Part shown: positions 6,344 through 10,028 of the stretch, one piece after another
How positions within the stretch are numbered: position 1 is the stretch's first letter
Layout: each line of letters begins with the position of its first letter
Origin: Candidatus Diapherotrites archaeon CG08_land_8_20_14_0_20_30_16
GTDB lineage: Archaea > Iainarchaeota > Iainarchaeia > Iainarchaeales > 0-14-0-20-30-16
Direction: 5' to 3'
DNA length: 10,028 nt
Assembly: GCA_002779075.1 (NCBI GenBank)
Contig: PEXK01000008.1
Location: 1-10,028 of the forward strand
Made by a program: the position numbers and the translations under genes
Notes under the pieces: model-generated
What the model was told of the DNA's origin: nothing
Databases searched by the model: none
What the model saw: only the letters and a program-made list of their open reading frames with translations

Positions 6344-6415
6344 ATTATTCCAACAACTTACTGATTGAAACATTGTGATTCAGATTGAAAACAACTTTTG
6401 CAAAATATTTTGCAA
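6344..6415 (-). repeat. Functional copy C of the repeat, i.e. the authentic 3-prime end of prs (..VAKYFAKVVFNLNHNVSISKLLE-stop)
   Basis: This is the reference copy for repeats A and B and lies inside the prs ORF. It ends in a perfect 18-bp palindrome, TTGCAAAATATTTTGCAA (6398-6415). Confidence 0.9.
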
Positions 6416-7364
6416 CCGAAACTTCTTTGTACCATTTTGTGTTATTAACAAAACTATCTGGTTGATGAACAGCATCTGTTCCAATTACTAATTCAATAAT
6501 GTCGTCTTTATGTGCGTTTTCCATTAATTGTTTTGCTTCTCCATCTAAAAATGCTAAAGAGCAGGCAACATAGATTTTGTTTGCTTCATTTTCTTTAAGA
6601 GTTTTTGCAACATTAATTATTGTGCCACCAGTTGCAATCATATCATCAACAATTAAACAATCTTGCCCTTGAACTTCACCAATTAAAATTGTTTTTGCAA
6701 CCGTGCTTGGTTTAGAATAATCTCTTTGTTTGTAAACAATTGCTAATGGCCTTTGTAATTTCTCAGCATATTTTTGTGCATTCTTGACAGCACCAGTATC
6801 AGGAGCAATAACAGTTAAATTACTCAAATCTATGTTTGATTGAACATATTCGCAAATATTCTTTTTTGCATTTAATATTTCTAAAATTGCTTTTCGAAAA
6901 AAGCCTACAGTAGCAGGATTGTGAATATCTAAAGTAATAACTCTATTTGCCCCTAATTCTTCAAGTTCTCTTGCAACCAAAGCACAGGTAATACATTCTC
7001 TTGTTATTGCTTTGTCTTGACGAGCATAAGGAAAACTAGGCAAAATAACAGTAACACAGGATGCATCGCTTCTTCGAGCACTATCAATTGCTGTTTTCAA
7101 AGACATTATGTTTTCATCAATACTATATGGCAGATCCTTATTTGCAACATCTTGAATAATGTAAATATCTAATCCTCTTATACTGTTCAAAATTTCTGTT
7201 TTTATTTCTCTATTTGCAAAATGAGTTTCATTTGTTTTAATGTATTTGTAATTTATAGGGGTAGATTCTTTTTCAAAAATTTCAGGTAAGCAATTTAATA
7301 TTTTTTCAGCAAAAGGTTTTCCAGATTCACAAGCAATTATTCCTATTTCACCACGTGTATTCAA
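6345..7364 (-). CDS. prs: Ribose-phosphate pyrophosphokinase (PRPP synthetase)
   Basis: 339-aa ORF with Prs blocks IRGLDIYIIQ, PYARQDK, ITLDIHNP..GFF, VIAPDTGAVKNAQKYAEKL, the PRPP-binding loop LIVDDMIATGGTI and the C-terminal ..HNVSISKLLE. The start is TTG, preceded on the coding strand by a strong SD AGGTGAT (plus-strand 7368-7374) with a 3-nt spacer. Only 15 nt separate it from the HEPN stop. Confidence 0.9.
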   Translation of the reverse strand: MNTRGEIGIIACESGKPFAEKILNCLPEIFEKESTPINYKYIKTNETHFANREIKTEILNSIRGLDIYIIQDVANKDLPYSIDENIMSLKTAIDSARRSDASCVTVILPSFPYARQDKAITRECITCALVARELEELGANRVITLDIHNPATVGFFRKAILEILNAKKNICEYVQSNIDLSNLTVIAPDTGAVKNAQKYAEKLQRPLAIVYKQRDYSKPSTVAKTILIGEVQGQDCLIVDDMIATGGTIINVAKTLKENEANKIYVACSLAFLDGEAKQLMENAHKDDIIELVIGTDAVHQPDSFVNNTKWYKEVSVAKYFAKVVFNLNHNVSISKLLE

Positions 7365-7379
7365 AATATCACCTAATAC

Positions 7380-7790
7380 TCAGAGTTTGTGTTTTAAATT
7401 CGAGAACTCAATTGCAAAATCTAGAATCTCTTTTGCTACGTCTTCTGAATACACTGCATCATAATCTGCATCTTGTCTAGCATACATTGCTGCTTTGAAA
7501 TAAATTATATATTTTGATTCTAGCATTCGTTTTCTACAAAATTCGTCCAATAACAAATATAAAGCATAATGACTTTTTTCTCTATAACCCTTTTTGTAAA
7601 TTAATGCTCTTGCAATATGAAAAATACAATAATATGCTTGGATAATGCTCCATTTGTGGTTTCCATCTTCAAAAGATTCTTTTGCGTTTTTCAAATCTTT
7701 TTCAGATTCTTCCAATTCTTTATTAATCAGTTCGGGAGAACAAGATTCCACTTTCAACAAGCCATTATCAATCATTTCTTGAATATTCAT
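7380..7790 (-). CDS. HEPN domain protein, partner of the upstream MNT (HEPN/MNT toxin-antitoxin module)
   Basis: 136-aa all-helical ORF. WSIIQAYYCIFHIARALIYKKGYREKSHYAL and ARQDADYD..SEDVAKEILDFAIEF resemble the HEPN family paired with minimal nucleotidyltransferases. It has a 4-nt ATGA overlap with the MNT gene (7787-7790). Confidence 0.75.
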   Translation of the reverse strand: MNIQEMIDNGLLKVESCSPELINKELEESEKDLKNAKESFEDGNHKWSIIQAYYCIFHIARALIYKKGYREKSHYALYLLLDEFCRKRMLESKYIIYFKAAMYARQDADYDAVYSEDVAKEILDFAIEFSNLKHKL

Positions 7791-8320
7791 AATAATCTGA
7801 CCTTATTCTTTTCTAATTCTTTGTAAAATGCAGGATTCTTTTTTATCATACTAGCATATTCTAAAGGGGTTTTGCAAATTATATTTAAAGGGAGATTTAA
7901 CATTTTGAATTTAGATTCAACACCCCAGATTAAATTACGATTCTTTGTAACAATAAAAAGATCAATATCACTGTGTTTATCCGAAGTGCCTTTAGCGTAT
8001 GACCCAAATAAATATATTTCTAATTCTTTAGTTTTTAAATCTTTTAATAAAGTAGCAAATAAAAATATAAAATACGCTTTTTTTAGTAGAAAATATGCTT
8101 CAGATTCAATTACAGAGTAAAAATAAGCATTACCTTTTTTTTCTTTTGATATTAAATTACAATTACATAAAGACTCTAAAACTGTTAATAAGGTAACTTT
8201 GCTTTGCTTTGTTTGTTTTTGTATTTCTTTGTAACTTAAGTCTTTTGACTTATCGAAGAATATTTTCAATACGCTTAAATAAGAATTATTAAATAAAAAA
8301 TTTATTGTTCTTTTTTGCAT
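7787..8320 (-). CDS. Minimal nucleotidyltransferase (MNT) with an N-terminal wHTH extension
   Basis: 177-aa ORF. It carries the classic MNT signature LFGSYAKGTSDKHSDIDLFIV (G-S x10 D-x-D). The N-terminal ~90 aa look like a wHTH (LSYKEIQKQTKQSKVTLLTVLESLCNCNLISKEKKGNAYFYSV). It is the first gene of an apparent MNT-HEPN-prs operon. Confidence 0.8.
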   Translation of the reverse strand: MQKRTINFLFNNSYLSVLKIFFDKSKDLSYKEIQKQTKQSKVTLLTVLESLCNCNLISKEKKGNAYFYSVIESEAYFLLKKAYFIFLFATLLKDLKTKELEIYLFGSYAKGTSDKHSDIDLFIVTKNRNLIWGVESKFKMLNLPLNIICKTPLEYASMIKKNPAFYKELEKNKVRLL

Positions 8321-8490
8321 AAAATATATATGACAGATTGGTTTAAAAAACTATCCCGTTTGGTATAGAAAACTATACTGCTTTTAAAATTGCATTTGAA
8401 AATTATTTCCAAAAACTATTTAAATCTAGCTAACTTTTATATTATAACATTAACTTCTATATATGTAATTGGTTGTATTTGTTGATCCCT

Positions 8491-9024
8491 ATGGATATTA
8501 TAAAGGTTATTTTTTGGGGCAGAGGCGGACAAGGTGTTAAAACTTGTGCAGAAGTGCTGGCAAGAGCTGCTTTTAATCAGGGCTTAGAAGTGCAGGCATT
8601 TCCTGAATATGGTCCAGAACGCTCTGGGGCACCTGTTAGATCCTTTTTGAAAATATCTTCAAAACCTATAAAAGAACAGTGCCAGATAACTGATGCTGAT
8701 TTTGTTGTTATTTTAGATAGCTCTTTATTGCAAACAAATCTTAAAGAGGGTATTTTAAACCAAAAAACAGCCAAATATTTAATAAATTCTAAAATTTCCT
8801 CAGAAATAGCAAATGCTAAATTTATAGATGCATCAAGTATAGCAATTAGACATTTAGGCAAAGATCTACCAAATATTGCATTGTCTGGTGCACTCATTAA
8901 AATGATAAATATAATTAAATTAGAGAGCTTGGAACAAGCAGTAAAAGAAGTTTTAGCAAAGAAACCAGATTTAATAGATGTAAACATAAAAGCATTAAAA
9001 GAAAGTTATAATTTGATAAAGTGA
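8491..9024 (+). CDS. porG: 2-oxoacid (pyruvate):ferredoxin oxidoreductase gamma subunit
   Basis: IIKVIFWGRGGQGVKTCAEVLARAAFNQGLEVQAFPEYGPERSGAPVRSFLKIS matches the conserved G-x-G-G-Q-G / E-x-R-G-(G/A) N-terminal half of POR/VOR/KOR gamma subunits. The ORF opens at TTG 8473, but ATG 8491 is preferred because it gives the usual short N-terminus. A TATATAT box lies at 8458-8464. Confidence 0.8.
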   Translation: MDIIKVIFWGRGGQGVKTCAEVLARAAFNQGLEVQAFPEYGPERSGAPVRSFLKISSKPIKEQCQITDADFVVILDSSLLQTNLKEGILNQKTAKYLINSKISSEIANAKFIDASSIAIRHLGKDLPNIALSGALIKMINIIKLESLEQAVKEVLAKKPDLIDVNIKALKESYNLIK

Positions 9025-9047
9025 ATATTGATGAGTGAATATTGATG
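9020..9047 (+). repeat. Perfect 14-bp tandem duplication AGTGAATATTGATG x2 spanning the porG stop / porD start junction
   Basis: Bases 9020-9033 and 9034-9047 are identical. Each copy carries a TGA and an ATG. The first ATG (9031) opens a 4-codon mini-ORF (MSEY) whose TGA overlaps the porD ATG at 9045. Confidence 0.9.
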
Positions 9048-9305
9048 GTTAAGAAGAAAATAGGATTAGGTTTGAGTATTTCAGCAAAAGATTCTGAAGA
9101 TTATCAAACAGGTTCATGGCGGAAACAGATACCTGTTGTAAAGAACAGAGCTGAATTGGATAAACATCCTGAAATTGCTCTTTTTTGCCCAGAAGCAGCA
9201 ATTATTTATCAAAAGGGCAAATTCATGAACATAGATTACAGATACTGTAAAGGCTGTGGAATTTGTGCACAGCAGTTGAAAGATGCAATAATGATGAAAT
9301 CTTGA
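9045..9305 (+). CDS. porD: PorD-like (2-oxoacid:ferredoxin oxidoreductase delta / ferredoxin-like) protein with only four cysteines
   Basis: GSWRKQIPVV, ..LFCPEAAII.. and IDYRYCKGCGICAQQ are colinear with POR delta subunits, and the gene sits immediately after porG. Only the CP of motif 1 and the CxxCxxC of motif 2 are retained. The ORF opens at TTG 9042, but ATG 9045 is preferred. Confidence 0.65.
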   Translation: MVKKKIGLGLSISAKDSEDYQTGSWRKQIPVVKNRAELDKHPEIALFCPEAAIIYQKGKFMNIDYRYCKGCGICAQQLKDAIMMKS

Positions 9306-9367
9306 CACTAAACAGTACAGTTATGTGTTGGTATAATTTATATATCCAAATTATGATTTGATTTTGT

Positions 9368-10028
9368 ATGTTGATAAATATGAATAAAGAAAATGCAATG
9401 GTTGTGTTTGAAGGAAAAAAGATTAGAAATCAATGGTATAATAATGAATGGTATTATTCTGTTATTGATGTAATTGGTATTTTAACAAATAGTGAAGATC
9501 CTAGAAATTATTGGAAAGTGTTAAAATATAGATTAAATGGAGAAGGTTCTGAGTCGGTTACAAAATGTAACCAACTGAAATTGCAAGCATCTGATGGTAA
9601 ATTTTATGAAACAGATTGTGCTAATACCCAAAATATGTTTCGAATAATTCAATCAATACCCTCTTTAAAAGCTGAACCGTTTAAGCTTTGGTTAGCCCAA
9701 ATAGGTTATGAAAGAATACAAGAAATAGAAAATCCAGAATTAGCACAAGATAGAGCTAAAGAATATTATGAATTAAAAGGTTATCCTAAAGATTGGGTTG
9801 ATAAAAGAGTAAGAGGTATTGCAATTAGGCAAGAATTAACTGATGAATGGAAAAATAGAGGAATAAAAGAAAATAGAGATTTTGCAATATTAACTAATGA
9901 AATCTCTAAAGCAACTTTTGATAAAACAATAGAAGAATACAAACAATTCAAAGGTTTGCCAAGCAAGAAAAATGCAAACTTAAGAGATCATATGACTGAT
10001 TGGGAATTGATATTAACAATGGTTGGAG
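9368..10028 (+). CDS. Bro-N domain protein (phage antirepressor / DinD-like family), 3-prime end beyond the window
   Basis: The frame is open from ATG 9368 (alternative ATG 9380) to the window edge; it is absent from the ORF track because no stop is reached. VVFEGKKIRNQWYNNEWYYSVIDVIGILTNSEDPRNYWKVLKYRL, LKLQASDGKFYETDCANTQNMFRIIQSIPSLKAEPFKLWLAQIGYERIQEIENPELA and RGIAIRQELTDEW match this widespread family closely. TTTATATAT at 9338-9346 is centred 26 nt upstream of ATG 9368. Confidence 0.8.
   Translation, partial: MLINMNKENAMVVFEGKKIRNQWYNNEWYYSVIDVIGILTNSEDPRNYWKVLKYRLNGEGSESVTKCNQLKLQASDGKFYETDCANTQNMFRIIQSIPSLKAEPFKLWLAQIGYERIQEIENPELAQDRAKEYYELKGYPKDWVDKRVRGIAIRQELTDEWKNRGIKENRDFAILTNEISKATFDKTIEEYKQFKGLPSKKNANLRDHMTDWELILTMVG

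Larger units (their letters stand above)
2597..6415. mobile_element. Candidate composite integrated islet: two tandem cassettes bounded by direct copies of the prs 3-prime end; no recombinase gene visible
   Basis: Three same-orientation copies of the prs terminal codons lie at 2597-2657, 4709-4780 and 6344-6415. The cargo is accessory-type (wHTH plus nucleotidyltransferase modules with their own promoters). Deleting the islet would restore a compact convergent wecC-prs junction. Confidence 0.45.

Noticed and set aside
2597-6415. Considered whether the three conserved 61-72-nt repeats form a CRISPR array or integron attC sites
   Set aside because: Spacing is 2.1 and 1.6 kb with full-length genes and promoters in between, which is not 25-50-nt spacers. 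One copy is the coding end of prs. The repeat lacks the R/L-box imperfect-hairpin structure of attC sites: it contains internal direct repeats (AACAACTT, GATTGAAA) and only a terminal palindrome.
7617-8120. Plus-strand ORFs 7617..7826 (69 aa) and 7872..8120 (82 aa)
   Set aside because: They are antisense to the HEPN and MNT genes, which carry clear family signatures. Their sequences are phenylalanine-rich and low-complexity.
8473-8490. TTG 8473 as the porG start (and TTG 9042 as the porD start)
   Set aside because: In-frame ATGs follow 18 nt and 3 nt downstream respectively, and give N-termini typical of the families. The TTG at 8473 would lie only about 12 nt from the TATA-like box.
8577-8987. 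136-aa minus-strand ORF
   Set aside because: It is antisense within porG, whose plus-strand frame has the GRGGQG / ERSGAP signatures.
9045-9305. PorD-like ORF as a decaying pseudogene
   Set aside because: The ORF is intact and sits in the expected position. The missing cysteines correspond exactly to one cross-ligated cluster while the other set is complete. Pseudogene status cannot be excluded without homologues.
9114-9308. 64-aa minus-strand ORF
   Set aside because: It is antisense within the PorD-like gene and is a shadow ORF.
9781-9966. 61-aa minus-strand ORF
   Set aside because: It is antisense within the strongly supported Bro-N gene.
1-10028. Alternative genetic code (TGA recoding, as in some candidate-phyla bacteria)
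   Set aside because: TGA terminates wecB, porG, porD and the 276-aa ORF at sensible positions. No well-supported gene needs read-through, apart from the single UUU-UGA site discussed as a possible frameshift.

Overview
Visibly AT-rich window with tightly packed or overlapping genes. All family calls below rest on motif recognition by eye, because no search was possible. The host is probably archaeal, possibly a small-genome DPANN-like lineage (inference). The evidence is promoter geometry: TATA-like boxes centred 26-30 nt upstream of first-gene ATGs (leaderless mRNAs), with Shine-Dalgarno patches only before internal operon genes. Separate PorG/PorD subunits and a HEPN/MNT pair fit this too.

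Left third: the tail of a membrane protein, then wecB (UDP-GlcNAc 2-epimerase) and an overlapping wecC-like nucleotide-sugar dehydrogenase.

Centre (2597-6415): an accessory islet wedged between the convergent wecC and prs genes. It is bounded and subdivided by three direct copies of the last 20-23 codons of prs: 2597-2657, 4709-4780 and the functional end at 6344-6415. Each of the two compartments has its own TATA-centred palindromic promoter and a paralogous winged-HTH plus polymerase-beta-type nucleotidyltransferase module. The module is fused into one 547-aa protein in compartment 1. In compartment 2 it is split into overlapping 276-aa and 230-aa ORFs, and the split coincides with a U-UUU-UGA +1 slip site. 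I read this as serial integration of related AbiE-like cassettes (wHTH regulator/antitoxin plus NTase toxin) into the prs 3-prime end. It is the best candidate for an undescribed defence or addiction system in this window.

Right third: prs is translationally coupled behind a wHTH-MNT/HEPN toxin-antitoxin pair. Divergently transcribed are porG and an atypical four-cysteine PorD-like gene, with no porA/porB following. A Bro-N-domain gene then runs off the window.
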